This document shows positions 18,658-29,490 of a stretch of DNA of 64,000 bases, piece by piece. This DNA is from a virus. Below the pieces are notes generated by a model. The model had not been told where the DNA came from. It did not search any database and saw only the letters and a list, made by a program, of their open reading frames with translations. The DNA lies in the IMG/VR virus record IMGVR_UViG_3300012005_000004, positions 16,370-80,369 of that record. One strand, given 5' to 3'. The translations under genes were made by a program, and so were the position numbers. Numbering within the stretch: position 1 is the stretch's first letter; every line of letters begins with the position of its first letter.

Positions 18658-20355
18658 ATGCAACAGCATCCTATCACATTTTTCCACAATCATTCTATAG
18701 TTCCTAGGGAACAACAAACCAGAGTGCTAGATGCGGTCCACGCGAACTGGGACAAGTACAAATATTTTGCCCTGTCTTGTCCGACCGGCGTAGGTAAAAC
18801 TTATATCGCCACAGCGATCGCTGATTCTCTCAAGAACGCTTACATCCTTACCTCGACGTTACAGCTCCAAGAGCAATATGAATCATCTTGGAAACAGCTA
18901 GTCAACCTCAAAGGACGCAGCAACTATCAATGTAACGTCAACACGAACTTTACCGTGGATGCAGCGCCGTGCGCGGCTAACATGGACCTCTATTCTGATT
19001 GCATGCAAGCTAGCCGGTGCGCTTACTATAATCAAAAGAACCTCGCCCTTAAGTCAAAAGCGATGATCACAAACCCGGTGTACATGCTATATTCTACACA
19101 TTGTGGCTTCGCTAAGGATGAGGAGTCGCCGTGGGTGAAGCGATCTGTTCTGATCATCGATGAAGCGCACAATACCGAGAATCACCTAGTCAGCTTTGCC
19201 GAATCAGACGTAGATCCACAAGCGTATCACGATGAGTTTGGTTGTGAAACAGATCACTTTAAGTTTACCGGAGATCAACTTACTGACTATATGATGGTAG
19301 TCGAGATCAAGGAGATCTTGCTCGAAAAGCAAGAGGAGATGAAGGCCGAGATCGACAACCAATTTCCTGCAGCCAAGATGCTTGGTATTGACGTTAAGAC
19401 GTGGGCTAGGGGGTTTTCGGTTAAGGCTGCGGAGAAGGTACAAAAGCTTCAGGCTAGAGCAAATAAGCTTGACAAGGCCATCCAACCTCTCAAGATCTTC
19501 TTCAACACTCATTCTACTCCGGAGGAGCTGTCGCGCCGGTGGTTAGTTGAGAAGGTTGCTGACAAGAACGTATTGAAGCTCGCTCCTGTTTATGGGGACT
19601 TTCTCTTCCAAGAGTACTACGGTACCTTGGCAGACAAGTTTGTGTTCCTCTCAGCTACTCTTGGAACTAAGAAAGAATTTGCTAAGGAGATTGGGATCAA
19701 GGAATCTGAGCTCTTCTTCATCGAGACGGATTCTCCATTCCCTCCTCAAAATAGTCCGATCATCATCTCTCCGATGATAAAGCTCTCGAAGGAAGTTTAT
19801 GAGTCTAACGTTAAGAAGGTTGGACCGTTGATCGATGAGATCTTGAATTTCCATAACGGAGAACGAGGGATCATCCACTCCGTCACATATGATCTTCAAA
19901 AACACATCTTTAATGGTGTCACACCTCTAAATAGAAAGAGGCTCTTATGCCGCGACATGGATACATTAAATGGAGTGGTTAGTAAGAGTGTGTATCCGAA
20001 GAAATACTCTAACCAAGAGCTTCTTAGCTTACACGAGGCAAAACCAGATAATGTGCTGCTGTCTCCGTCGATGATGGAAGGTGTTGACTTACATGATGAT
20101 CTTTCGGCTTTTCAGGTTATCATCAAGCTACCCTGGGCTAACCTGGGAGACATAAGGATCCGCACCAAGTCTAACCTCGACGGAGACTGGTACGCAAATA
20201 AGATGTGGCTGAGCATCCTTCAAGCTTCAGGGCGAAGCACGCGTCATGAGACTGATCGGTCGATGACGTATATCTTGGACGCTAATTTTAAGTACTTCTA
20301 TAACCAGTGGAAATCGAAGCTACCAGATTGGTTCAAGCAAAGGATAGTATTTTAA
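18658..20355 (+). CDS. DinG/XPD (Rad3)-family SF2 helicase with Fe-S cluster
   Basis: PTGVGKT, LKGRSNYQC with three further Cys, DEAH, SAT, EGVD, QASGRSTR. Confidence 0.92.
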   Translation: MQQHPITFFHNHSIVPREQQTRVLDAVHANWDKYKYFALSCPTGVGKTYIATAIADSLKNAYILTSTLQLQEQYESSWKQLVNLKGRSNYQCNVNTNFTVDAAPCAANMDLYSDCMQASRCAYYNQKNLALKSKAMITNPVYMLYSTHCGFAKDEESPWVKRSVLIIDEAHNTENHLVSFAESDVDPQAYHDEFGCETDHFKFTGDQLTDYMMVVEIKEILLEKQEEMKAEIDNQFPAAKMLGIDVKTWARGFSVKAAEKVQKLQARANKLDKAIQPLKIFFNTHSTPEELSRRWLVEKVADKNVLKLAPVYGDFLFQEYYGTLADKFVFLSATLGTKKEFAKEIGIKESELFFIETDSPFPPQNSPIIISPMIKLSKEVYESNVKKVGPLIDEILNFHNGERGIIHSVTYDLQKHIFNGVTPLNRKRLLCRDMDTLNGVVSKSVYPKKYSNQELLSLHEAKPDNVLLSPSMMEGVDLHDDLSAFQVIIKLPWANLGDIRIRTKSNLDGDWYANKMWLSILQASGRSTRHETDRSMTYILDANFKYFYNQWKSKLPDWFKQRIVF

Positions 20356-20364
20356 GGTAACATC

Positions 20365-20847
20365 ATGGATAGCATGCAGTTCGTCGACAGCCTGAGGAAG
20401 ATCCCGGAGGTTGTGACCGTCGCTAACGTGATGAACATCCCGATCTCCACCAAGCTGTTTGTTTTTATTAACACCCAGAAGAACCTAATCTTAGTCGAAG
20501 GAACGGTTATTGCGTTAAATCACCATACGGCAGATGGTCTTCCAGACATCTTGATCACGATGGAGTTTACGATCAATGGGTTACCACACGCATCAACCTT
20601 GGTTCTTGGTCAAACATATAACGGTTGGACCGACAAGATCGGAGATGAGGGAGACAACCTTAATAGAGTATTCTTAACTAAGGCGGCTGCGTTGAGATAC
20701 TTTGAGGACATCTCCTTCGTAAATGATATAAAAACACTAGAACGATCTAGAAGCATTCATGGATTGATAAGCCGATTGCTCCACCAAGCCAATCATCCAA
20801 GAGGTGCTGGGGGATCTCCTAGTGATAGGGATCAAAAGAAAGATTGA
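20365..20847 (+). CDS. hypothetical protein
   Basis: SD AAGG upstream. Confidence 0.6.
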   Translation: MDSMQFVDSLRKIPEVVTVANVMNIPISTKLFVFINTQKNLILVEGTVIALNHHTADGLPDILITMEFTINGLPHASTLVLGQTYNGWTDKIGDEGDNLNRVFLTKAAALRYFEDISFVNDIKTLERSRSIHGLISRLLHQANHPRGAGGSPSDRDQKKD

Positions 20848-21045
20848 TAATTTGAAATATCAAATTGTTACTAAAAATAATTGTTTACATGAGGTACTGG
20901 AATGATTATAATGAGTTCCTTGGTAAAGCACTTCCGATACACAAGTTACACTTCCAATAAGGAACTTCTCATAATCAAAGATCTTGCTAAAGATCTAGGA
21001 TGCTCAGTCCCAAAAATAAAGAAACACAATGAGACCTAGTACAAA

Positions 21046-21492
21046 ATGAGATTTTATTCGACCGAGTATGTACTGACAAGTAATAATAAAGAGCAAAAGT
21101 TCAACGGAAATATTTGGGCTCCAAGCTTTGAGGCGGCCACCGAGTTGGCAATCCTTCGTAACATCAATGAACGGGTCCTTGGAGTAGTATCTGGTTATCC
21201 AGGCTTCGATCCTTGTCCACTCCCTTCTACTTTTTACAAAAACCGTGATTTGATCGAATGCACCCACGTCCTCGTGTTTTACGGTTGGCTAGCATCAAAA
21301 GCCAAGGCAGCAGACTGCGATTCACTTCTAAATGATCACGGTGCTATCCACGAGATCCTCCACGAAATGCACCATCCTAATTTCTACTCTTTTAGACAAG
21401 AAGTTATGGACATGCTGATCAAGCTTGAAGAGTCTATTCCTGGGTTAAAAACATACATAGGTGTTAAAAATCACAATAAAGTTACTGAGTAG
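21046..21492 (+). CDS. hypothetical protein
   Basis: Downstream of promoter 20884-20912. Confidence 0.6.
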   Translation: MRFYSTEYVLTSNNKEQKFNGNIWAPSFEAATELAILRNINERVLGVVSGYPGFDPCPLPSTFYKNRDLIECTHVLVFYGWLASKAKAADCDSLLNDHGAIHEILHEMHHPNFYSFRQEVMDMLIKLEESIPGLKTYIGVKNHNKVTE

Positions 21493-21668
21493 TAATTTAA
21501 GATAGCAAGAATGTGTTTATTTTACACATTCTTGCATTTTTATGTGATAGTCGGTTTACTTTTGATACCGTGTGATATACTATTACTCCATAGAAGTTGA
21601 ACACGAGAGAGGAGAGCTCACAAGGTGATCCTAATTTTATAACCAATGAATAATCAGGAGTAACATTC

Positions 21669-22202
21669 ATGGACAAGCAACATCAAGATGGTCGCAATGA
21701 TTTCAAGTTTGGAACATCAAAACCAAATAAGCGTGATTTCTACAATGTGGTCGTGATCGCTCCAAATGGAACCGTGATCGATGAACATCAATGGAAAAAG
21801 GTCGCCGGTAACAAAGAAGGCGGAGATCTCCGCAAAGCGCTGAAGGTTGAAGGTTGGACCCCAGTTCGGGTCTTTGACGAAACCGCGTATGAAGCGTCGC
21901 GTTCAGAATTCCGCGATCAAAACAAGAGGTCTACCCAGGAATCTCGTCAATCGGTTATTCAGCAAGCTTTCATTGACGCTGAAGTTGAATATCATCCGCG
22001 GATTGAAAGCGCCCTCCGCATCGTTCTTCAGCTGATGGATCCATCACAAGAAAAGCGGACAGTTACTACTCTTCGTAATGTAGTTCGTTCCATCGATGCC
22101 GGTATGTCTGAAGATGCTCGGGCCAAGGGTAAGACTAAGGTCTCCAAGGGAACCACCAAGACGGTTGAAAGCGCCGCGCAGGTCGAAACTACGCAATCGT
22201 AA
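21669..22202 (+). CDS. hypothetical early protein
   Basis: AGGAG SD; promoter-like element near 21555. Confidence 0.7.
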   Translation: MDKQHQDGRNDFKFGTSKPNKRDFYNVVVIAPNGTVIDEHQWKKVAGNKEGGDLRKALKVEGWTPVRVFDETAYEASRSEFRDQNKRSTQESRQSVIQQAFIDAEVEYHPRIESALRIVLQLMDPSQEKRTVTTLRNVVRSIDAGMSEDARAKGKTKVSKGTTKTVESAAQVETTQS

Positions 22203-22264
22203 ATACCAGCAGGCTGTAAAATGGCGTACCAAAAATTGGTACGCCATTTTTATATGCGAAATTA

Positions 22265-24634
22265 TTACAAGAGAGTCCAGACTCTAACCCAGTCTAGCTC
22301 AAATGAATTTCCCTGGCCCTGCGGGGTGTTGTTGGTGTCTGGTATACCAGACGTGCTTAACGGACCATTCCCAAACCACAGCTGGAACAAAAGGTACATC
22401 GGGTTATTATAGTTGCAAGAAGTCCGATGATACTCTCTTCCATCCATGTAGAAGATCAGCGTGTTAGAATCCCAGTGCATACCCCAGATGTGGAACGCAT
22501 CTCCCCAGCGCTGCAACCCAAGGTTGGTGTCCTTACCCTTAACGTAATCCAGCCGATTTGTGGGTCCACCGCCACCTGGTTGCCAGACGGTAGTCGTGAA
22601 GTCGGTGACGTTGTAGCTAGAGTCCGTGTACAACCCATCTCCGTTACCGTAGGCCTCCATCATGTCAATCTCGTCATTCGGGTAATTCGGTCCGTCATTA
22701 AACAGCCAGAATGCTGGGAAGATTCCTTTTCCCTTCAATAGCTTACCATTCCACTCTACATAACCATGGAGCATGTTAAATGATCCTGGAGTGCTCATCT
22801 CACGACGGAAGAATTGATTCGGGGTGATGTTTGTATTTGGAAGTGATGAATCAACCAGCGGCCACAGTCGCGCAACGGTCCGCACTACAGGAGGGCTAAC
22901 TGATGTATCGGTGTATGAGGTTGTGTCATAGTTAACCATCGTGTAGTTATTCATGTGATTGAGGTCCCACACGCTAGTGTTCAACACCGAATCAAATTCA
23001 TCTCTAAACGCAATGTTTCCATATAGCGAAGTAGTGTTAACTAAATTACCACCAGAGTCGAGCAAGAACGGCCGCGCTGCTCCAGATGGAGCTGGGGCTG
23101 GTGTAGGTGCTGTTGGAGTCGGGACTGGAGATGTTGTAGGAGATGGCACCGGTGAAGACGAAGCTATTCCCCATACCCTGACGTACATGATCTCAAAAGA
23201 ATTACCTTTGCCAGTTAAAACCGGAGCCGCTGTTGGATCCCCAGACGCCGAACCAAGCCAAACATCAAGCAAGACATACATAGGCTTCGAGAAGTATCCA
23301 TCATTCAGGTAGGTCGGTCCGATTTGCGCACCGTCAAAGTAGAACCTAATTTCATTAGCATCCCAGTGTACCGCGTACTTGTGGAACCCAGCCGAGAGGT
23401 CAACCGCTGGTAAGAAATCTGTAAGCTTGTACGCGTAGGGAACCTCATGGTAGCTGTAATCAGCGTTGGCCTTGTGAAGCGTGATTCCATAATTATTAGG
23501 ATGGAGGCTTCCATCTGACCAACCGCTCGACGGCCCTCCTCCAGAATAAGCTTCCATGATGTCAATCTCTGGGCGATCATTTGTCGGATGAGCATAAAGC
23601 CAGAAAGCTGGCCAAACGGCGTTACCGATATTTAACTTCGCTTCACACTCAAAGTAACCATAAAGCTGTTCAAACTTTCCATCGGTGTTGATCGTCCGAT
23701 TTTCCTTTTCGTAAGGTTGCTCAGCCCAGATCTTCAAAGATCCACCTTCAACGGTGTAGTTATTCTTTGTATTGACAGGCATGTACCAGTCTTGCAAGAT
23801 CCACTTAGCAGGATCGACGATTCCAGCTTCAAATTCATCCTGGAAAGTCATCGCTGTATACCTAGACGCTGACTGACCGTAAGGACCAATTCCTACAGGC
23901 GAAGGTGTAGGTGCTGGGGTTGGTGTCGGTCCTGGGCTCGGTGTCGGAGTAGGTGACGGAGTAGGTGCTGGGGTTGGTGTCGTCGGAGTAGGCGCTGGCG
24001 TCGGTCCTGGTCCTGGGGTTGGTGTCGTCGGAGTAGGCGCTGGCGTCGGTCCTGGTCCTGGGGTTGGTGACGGAGTAGGCGCTGGCGTTGGTGTCGCCGA
24101 CACGGGTGGAACAGACGGAGAAAAGATAGGGCTGGGAACAGGGACGGAGACAGGAGCTACGATCGGCGGTGGCAGCGCCAACGCGTTAAATTTTAACGGC
24201 GACGGTTTTTCAACGTTATTCTTCTGAGTATACATGACCGTGATCATTGAGTACCCGACCGTGTTTGCACCTCCAACTTGAGTATAGATCGTTCCGCTAA
24301 GGCCACCAGGCGCATCAGGTGGAACCGAAGACATATTATACAGGTTGGTTGGAGTGAACGGTATGTCAACCCGTCCGATGAATGAGCTCGGGATCGGTTG
24401 CGTGTATTCATTTCCTCCTGGTGTGACTCCAATAGAGATGAAACCACCTCCATCAAACGGAATGGGAACGTCACAAAGGAGATGAAGGATTTGGGATCCT
24501 ACAGGAACCATAATGTTTACTGCTGGCGCTTGCGGCGTCAGAGATGCCACTTGAGATAAAACAACTAACCCAGTATTATCTTGGGGTAAATTGTCAGCGC
24601 GAATTGTTCCTACCCGTACCGGATCTTGTTTCAT
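22265..24634 (-). CDS. virion-associated protein with two GH16 (beta-glucanase-like) domains and Pro/Thr linkers
   Basis: WPAFWL...EIDIME and FPAFWL...EIDMME catalytic motifs; FQDEF/FRDEF domain starts. Confidence 0.88.
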   Translation of the reverse strand: MKQDPVRVGTIRADNLPQDNTGLVVLSQVASLTPQAPAVNIMVPVGSQILHLLCDVPIPFDGGGFISIGVTPGGNEYTQPIPSSFIGRVDIPFTPTNLYNMSSVPPDAPGGLSGTIYTQVGGANTVGYSMITVMYTQKNNVEKPSPLKFNALALPPPIVAPVSVPVPSPIFSPSVPPVSATPTPAPTPSPTPGPGPTPAPTPTTPTPGPGPTPAPTPTTPTPAPTPSPTPTPSPGPTPTPAPTPSPVGIGPYGQSASRYTAMTFQDEFEAGIVDPAKWILQDWYMPVNTKNNYTVEGGSLKIWAEQPYEKENRTINTDGKFEQLYGYFECEAKLNIGNAVWPAFWLYAHPTNDRPEIDIMEAYSGGGPSSGWSDGSLHPNNYGITLHKANADYSYHEVPYAYKLTDFLPAVDLSAGFHKYAVHWDANEIRFYFDGAQIGPTYLNDGYFSKPMYVLLDVWLGSASGDPTAAPVLTGKGNSFEIMYVRVWGIASSSPVPSPTTSPVPTPTAPTPAPAPSGAARPFLLDSGGNLVNTTSLYGNIAFRDEFDSVLNTSVWDLNHMNNYTMVNYDTTSYTDTSVSPPVVRTVARLWPLVDSSLPNTNITPNQFFRREMSTPGSFNMLHGYVEWNGKLLKGKGIFPAFWLFNDGPNYPNDEIDMMEAYGNGDGLYTDSSYNVTDFTTTVWQPGGGGPTNRLDYVKGKDTNLGLQRWGDAFHIWGMHWDSNTLIFYMDGREYHRTSCNYNNPMYLLFQLWFGNGPLSTSGIPDTNNTPQGQGNSFELDWVRVWTLL
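23905..24100 (-). repeat. coding tandem repeats ([15 protein letters not shown] linker)
   Basis: About 45-bp direct repeat GGGGTTGGTGTCGTCGGAGTAGGCGCTGGCGTCGGTCCTGGTCCT, twice, plus partial copies. Confidence 0.85.
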
Positions 24635-24649
24635 ATCTTATATAATTTG

Positions 24650-25309
24650 TTAGTTAACTACACTAAACAGAAAGATGTAGTTTACATCGATTAGATCATC
24701 TGGATCATTGTCTAAAACCGATAGAGTTACCTTCAGCTTAATTTGACGACCCTGATAAATTATCTCAACGGCCATAGGATGTTCTATCCCACCGTCGAAG
24801 CAGAATGGAAGTTCATCCTTCAGACATTCATTGCAAACTAGATACTTTTCTGTTGAATCCTTGACTCTATCGAGTAGACGTTGGCTAAGATCGCTGAAGA
24901 AATTTTCCCGTAAGATAGGCTTCGCCACGATGTTACCGTTCGCATCATGTAGGTTATTTCCGCACTCGATTACCTCAACCAAAGTTTTTCCGATAACGTC
25001 TTTTTCTTGGAGACCAAAAATTTTAAGTCCCGTTCTATTTAAGTGAGTGATTTTTCCAGAAGAGTCCATGATGATTAGACCTTCCCTCAACTTAGCTGAG
25101 ATCGATGTCAGACTTTTACGAGCTGTCTTACATTCCTTAGAGATCTTTTCACTTAGCTTACTAGACATCTCTTGAGTTTGACGCACAGCTTCTTCTAAAT
25201 CTCTACCGATCTTCTCAACTTCAGCTAATTTATCTTTGATTTCATTGCGGTGAGCCTCTAGCTTCTCGGCCGGCAAAGCCGCCGCAGGTGACTTTGAGTT
25301 AAAGAACAT
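24650..25309 (-). CDS. coiled-coil plus PAS-domain protein
   Basis: LREGLIIMDSSGKITHLNRTGLKIFGLQEKDVIGKTL is a PAS N-terminal signature. Confidence 0.75.
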   Translation of the reverse strand: MFFNSKSPAAALPAEKLEAHRNEIKDKLAEVEKIGRDLEEAVRQTQEMSSKLSEKISKECKTARKSLTSISAKLREGLIIMDSSGKITHLNRTGLKIFGLQEKDVIGKTLVEVIECGNNLHDANGNIVAKPILRENFFSDLSQRLLDRVKDSTEKYLVCNECLKDELPFCFDGGIEHPMAVEIIYQGRQIKLKVTLSVLDNDPDDLIDVNYIFLFSVVN

Positions 25310-25329
25310 AGGAGTTTCCTCTTTTGATA

Positions 25330-25620
25330 TTACAGTTTGGCGCCGATTGTTGCGATCAATACTCGTAGCTCTGTTAGAGCTTGAACTACGCTAATTTGAC
25401 CTTCCTGATACTTGTCTATGACAGTTAGTAGGTCTTTACGATCTTCTTCGATCTGCTTCTGAAACATCTCAACAAGTTGCTTTTGTTCTTTCTTGAGCTC
25501 TATTTCCCTACGAATATATACGTATACACTACCACCAGCGAGAAATAGCAAGATGGCCATGATGGCTGGATTGCCAGCAGCCAAGATCGGCGCGAGCAGC
25601 TCGTGGATGAAGCTTTCCAT
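25330..25620 (-). CDS. single-TM coiled-coil membrane protein (holin-like)
   Basis: One hydrophobic helix then charged coiled-coil; late TAAATA upstream. Confidence 0.6.
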   Translation of the reverse strand: MESFIHELLAPILAAGNPAIMAILLFLAGGSVYVYIRREIELKKEQKQLVEMFQKQIEEDRKDLLTVIDKYQEGQISVVQALTELRVLIATIGAKL

Positions 25621-25850
25621 TTGTTATCCTTCGTTTATTGGTACAGATAAGCTATTTACAAAAAATTTCATAACTCTTTTGAATTTTTCATTTCTTTTAT
25701 AGGAAAGATAGATTACAATAGACTCGTACACTCGAATTTGGTGAAGTAGTTCACCCACACACCTCGGCTCTAACGAGCTTGCCAATGGCACGGTGGTAGT
25801 TACACTGCTGCTCGTAGTAAAGTTCTACAAACAAACCTAAAGGAAATTAG

Positions 25851-27839
25851 ATGGGCAAACTTCTTGAACGTTTCATGACGGACCTAGGCGGACGATCAAC
25901 AGATGATCTAATCCCACTCGAAGATTATCTCGAGCTCTGTAAGACAACCCCAGCAGTTTACGCATCTCCAGCTCAGCGTATGCTTAAGGCTATCGGTGAT
26001 CCAATCACGATCGACACGCGCAACGACACCCGGCTGGCCAAGGTGTTCGGCAACAAGATCATCCGTCAGTATCCAGCATTCAAGGATTTCTACGGCATGG
26101 AAGACGCGATCGAAAACATCGTGTCGTACTTCAAACACTCCGCTCAGGGTCTTGAAGAATCTAAGCAGATCCTGTACTTGCTTGGACCGGTCGGCGGCGG
26201 TAAATCGTCTTTGGCTGAAAAGCTAAAAGCTTTGATGGAAGATGTTCCGGTCTACATTCTCTGCACCCATGAAAAGGAAAAGAAGAACGAACACAGCACC
26301 GTCGAGAAATTTACCACTGAAGTATCTCCGGTCTTTGAAAATCCGCTCGGGTTGTTCCACGGAAAAGAATCGTACGTTACGATGCTCGCCGAAGAATATG
26401 ACATCCCAAAAACCGCGATTCGTACCATCCCATCGCCGTGGGCTGTTAAGAAGCTCGAAAGCTACGGCTATGATTTCTCAAAGTTCTATGTCAAGAAGAT
26501 CTATCCAAGCCGTCTTCGTCAAGAATGTATCGCTCGGGTTGAACCAGGCGATGAAAACAACCAGGATGTTTCTTCAATGGTCGGCGAGCTTAACATCCGC
26601 ATGCTCGAAAAGTTTGACCAGGATCACCCCTACGCTTACACCTTCTCGGGTGGATTGAACAAGGGTAATAATGGCTTGGTCGAAATGGTTGAAATGTTCA
26701 AGACCCCGATCAAGATGTTGAATCCTCTGCTGACGGCCACGCAAGATCGTAACTACACCGGTACGAAGCCGATTGGTTCGATTCCGTTTGACGGCATCAT
26801 CATGGCTCACTCGAACGAATCTGAATGGTCGCAGTTTAAGAATAACAAGACAAACGAAGCGTTCCTCGATCGCGTCTACGTTGTTCACGTTCCATATTGC
26901 ACACGGGTCAATGAAGAAATTTCGATTTACAAAAAGCTATTAGCTCACTCTGAACTGTTCAAGGCGCCTTGTGCTCCTGGAACTCTCGAGTTCCTCGCGC
27001 AATTCTGCGTTATGTCTCGTCTTGAAGAGCCTGGCAACTCAACTCTGTACTCAAAGATGCGAGTCTACAACGGCGAAAACGTCAAGAACGATGATCCGAA
27101 GGCTAAGCCTATCCAAGAATACAAGGATGCGGCCGGAGTCAACGAAGGCATGAAGGGTTTGTCAACTCGTTTTGCCTTCAAGATCCTCTCGAAGACGTTC
27201 AACTTTGACACCGAAGAAGTTGCGGCAAATCCGATCCACCTGATGTATGTCCTCAAGACGTCCATCGCCCACGAGCAATTTGACAGCGAAAAGAATGATG
27301 CGCTGTTGGAAAATCTCGACGGTGTGCTGTCGGACAAGTACATGGAGTTCCTCGAGAAGGATATCCGCGCATCGTTCCTGGATTCATTCCAGGACCTCTG
27401 CCAAAATGTCTTCGAGAACTACTTTTACTACGCCGATGCGTGGGTTCAGGACCAGGAGTTCCGCGATGCAGATACAGGCGTCATGCTTGATCGGCCGGCC
27501 ATCAACGCCGAGCTGGAGAAGATCGAGAAGCCTGCCGGCATCTCTAACCCGAAGGACTTCCGTAATGACATCACGAACTTTGTGATCCGTTATAAGTCTG
27601 ATCATGGTGGTCAGCTGCCGAAGTGGGATTCTTTCGCTAAGATGCGGGACGTGATCGAGAAGAAAGTTTTGGCTTCGACGGATGAGATCCTTCCGGTCAT
27701 CTCATTTGCACCGAAGCGCTCGGAGCAAGACCAGAAGAAACATGAGCAGTTTGTTGGAAAGATGGCGGCGCGCGGTTACACCGAACGCCAAACTCGATTC
27801 CTTTGCGAATGGTTCATGCGTTCCAGGAAAGCGTCGTAA
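25851..27839 (+). CDS. prkA: PrkA/YeaG family AAA+ ATPase / serine kinase
   Basis: KQILYLLGPVGGGKSSLAE, EPGDENNQD, HSNESEW, GLSTRFAFK. Confidence 0.96.
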   Translation: MGKLLERFMTDLGGRSTDDLIPLEDYLELCKTTPAVYASPAQRMLKAIGDPITIDTRNDTRLAKVFGNKIIRQYPAFKDFYGMEDAIENIVSYFKHSAQGLEESKQILYLLGPVGGGKSSLAEKLKALMEDVPVYILCTHEKEKKNEHSTVEKFTTEVSPVFENPLGLFHGKESYVTMLAEEYDIPKTAIRTIPSPWAVKKLESYGYDFSKFYVKKIYPSRLRQECIARVEPGDENNQDVSSMVGELNIRMLEKFDQDHPYAYTFSGGLNKGNNGLVEMVEMFKTPIKMLNPLLTATQDRNYTGTKPIGSIPFDGIIMAHSNESEWSQFKNNKTNEAFLDRVYVVHVPYCTRVNEEISIYKKLLAHSELFKAPCAPGTLEFLAQFCVMSRLEEPGNSTLYSKMRVYNGENVKNDDPKAKPIQEYKDAAGVNEGMKGLSTRFAFKILSKTFNFDTEEVAANPIHLMYVLKTSIAHEQFDSEKNDALLENLDGVLSDKYMEFLEKDIRASFLDSFQDLCQNVFENYFYYADAWVQDQEFRDADTGVMLDRPAINAELEKIEKPAGISNPKDFRNDITNFVIRYKSDHGGQLPKWDSFAKMRDVIEKKVLASTDEILPVISFAPKRSEQDQKKHEQFVGKMAARGYTERQTRFLCEWFMRSRKAS

Positions 27840-28006
27840 TGAATAGCCGAGAGATGTTTGAGCAGTCATTCAAGCGTCCCTCGGACTATTTTAGGTTGAC
27901 AGCCGAGCATCAATGGGAAATTGATGCTCGGCTTGGAATCCTAGATTGGGACGGGAAGAACTTGACAGAAGAAGATCATCTTAGATTTAGAAAACATTAT
28001 GAATGA
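27839..28006 (+). CDS. small hypothetical protein
   Basis: TAATG coupling; QWEIDARLGILDW. Confidence 0.6.
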   Translation: MNSREMFEQSFKRPSDYFRLTAEHQWEIDARLGILDWDGKNLTEEDHLRFRKHYE

Positions 28007-28647
28007 GCAAATGGAGAGTATTTTACTCTCCATTATTTTTAGAGAACATGAAAAATATAAAGATCATATCAGGGGGTCAAACAGGGGCCGACCTAGCTGG
28101 GTTGTGGGTAGCAAAGTTATTTGGATTACAGACAGGAGGGATGGCTCCTAAGGGATGGAAGACGCTGATAGGTTCAATGCCTCAGCTTGAAACCCTATTT
28201 CAAATGGGAGAGTCCGCAAGCGGATATCATGGCAGAACATTAGAAAATTGCGAGATGTCTGACATAACGCTGATCTTTGCATCTAATATTAAGTCGCCAG
28301 GTACCAAGCTAACTCTTCACCATTGTGTCAAGAACAAGATTCACTATCAAATCTTTGCGTTCGGAGACGATGCGGTTACTGCATCAGATCAAGCACTAGG
28401 AAGATTAGTAACAGTTTTGCAAAATCAACTTGCGGTGAATGAAGATTCGATCATTAACATCGCGGGTAATTCAACCTCGACATCCTCACAGACCTTCAAG
28501 TTTACATTTCTCTTGTTGTGTAAAGCTTTTGAGCAAGTTCTCAGATTTAAACCAGAGCAGCTGAAGAATCATGGTATAGATAAGGTAGAGGCGATGGCAC
28601 GAGACCGCTATGATCAATCAACTTTTGATTTTCTTACAAAAGTGTGA
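28003..28647 (+). CDS. SLOG-superfamily protein (putative molybdenum carrier family)
   Basis: KIISGGQTGAD, GGMAPKGW, RT..N..SD.TL, INIAGN. Confidence 0.82.
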   Translation: MSKWRVFYSPLFLENMKNIKIISGGQTGADLAGLWVAKLFGLQTGGMAPKGWKTLIGSMPQLETLFQMGESASGYHGRTLENCEMSDITLIFASNIKSPGTKLTLHHCVKNKIHYQIFAFGDDAVTASDQALGRLVTVLQNQLAVNEDSIINIAGNSTSTSSQTFKFTFLLLCKAFEQVLRFKPEQLKNHGIDKVEAMARDRYDQSTFDFLTKV

Positions 28648-28728
28648 GCGGTGAGATCAAAATTTCTTTTAGTATCTTTTTGAGAAGATCTATATTAGAA
28701 TAGATCTAATCATGGAGAATTCAAGGAA

Positions 28729-29490
28729 ATGAAGGATAATAACTCAAAGCTTCTCGGATTCAATGTTGCACAAGCTGCCTCTCAGTTTCGCTTGATGCAG
28801 CATCACGAATTGGTTAGCTACATCTTTCGCTCGAATGGTGTTGAGGATTACCTTGATTATTTCAATGCCCACAATCCATCTAGCGATATCCCATATCACA
28901 ATAAGTACCACACTTATTGTATGGCATTGAATGTCTATGAGGCTTCTCTCTATTACAATCTTTCTATAGAAGCTCGACGAGCTCTTCTAGTTGCCGCATT
29001 ATTTCACGATTATGATCATTCTGGTGGACGCAAAACTGACGACATAAACGTCGCCATAGCCGCAAATAACCTGGTTGATGCTCATAAACAGCTTGTAGAA
29101 ATATACCGAACTCAACCGGTCTCCGACGTCGGAGACCACTTCGCTCACTTAACTCCAAAAGAGCTCATTGATGCGATTGAGACGTTGCTTATTACTAAAT
29201 ACCCCTATGATGGACCTCCAGTCACGATGCTTCAAAAGATCATTCGTGATGCGGACTTGATGCAAGTATACGAAGAAGATGCTGATCGTCTGCGACAGCA
29301 ATTTCTCGGTCTAAAGGCTGAGATGGAGCTTACGCGCGGACCCTTTACACCAGAACAATGGGGCGATGGATGTCGTGATTTTAACGATGCTACCGTCTGG
29401 CATACCCAGTGGGCCCAGGACAAGGCGGTCGCCTTGGACCAAAAGGCTTGCACGGAACATCTTAGAAATTTATTGATAGGAAACAAATGA
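28729..29490 (+). CDS. HD-domain phosphohydrolase
   Basis: PYHNKYH, AALFHDYDH, IIRDAD. Confidence 0.85.
   Translation: MKDNNSKLLGFNVAQAASQFRLMQHHELVSYIFRSNGVEDYLDYFNAHNPSSDIPYHNKYHTYCMALNVYEASLYYNLSIEARRALLVAALFHDYDHSGGRKTDDINVAIAANNLVDAHKQLVEIYRTQPVSDVGDHFAHLTPKELIDAIETLLITKYPYDGPPVTMLQKIIRDADLMQVYEEDADRLRQQFLGLKAEMELTRGPFTPEQWGDGCRDFNDATVWHTQWAQDKAVALDQKACTEHLRNLLIGNK

Noticed and set aside
28003-28647. Molybdenum metabolism
   Set aside because: The family name is historical; it is a SLOG nucleotide-binding fold and no Moco genes are present.
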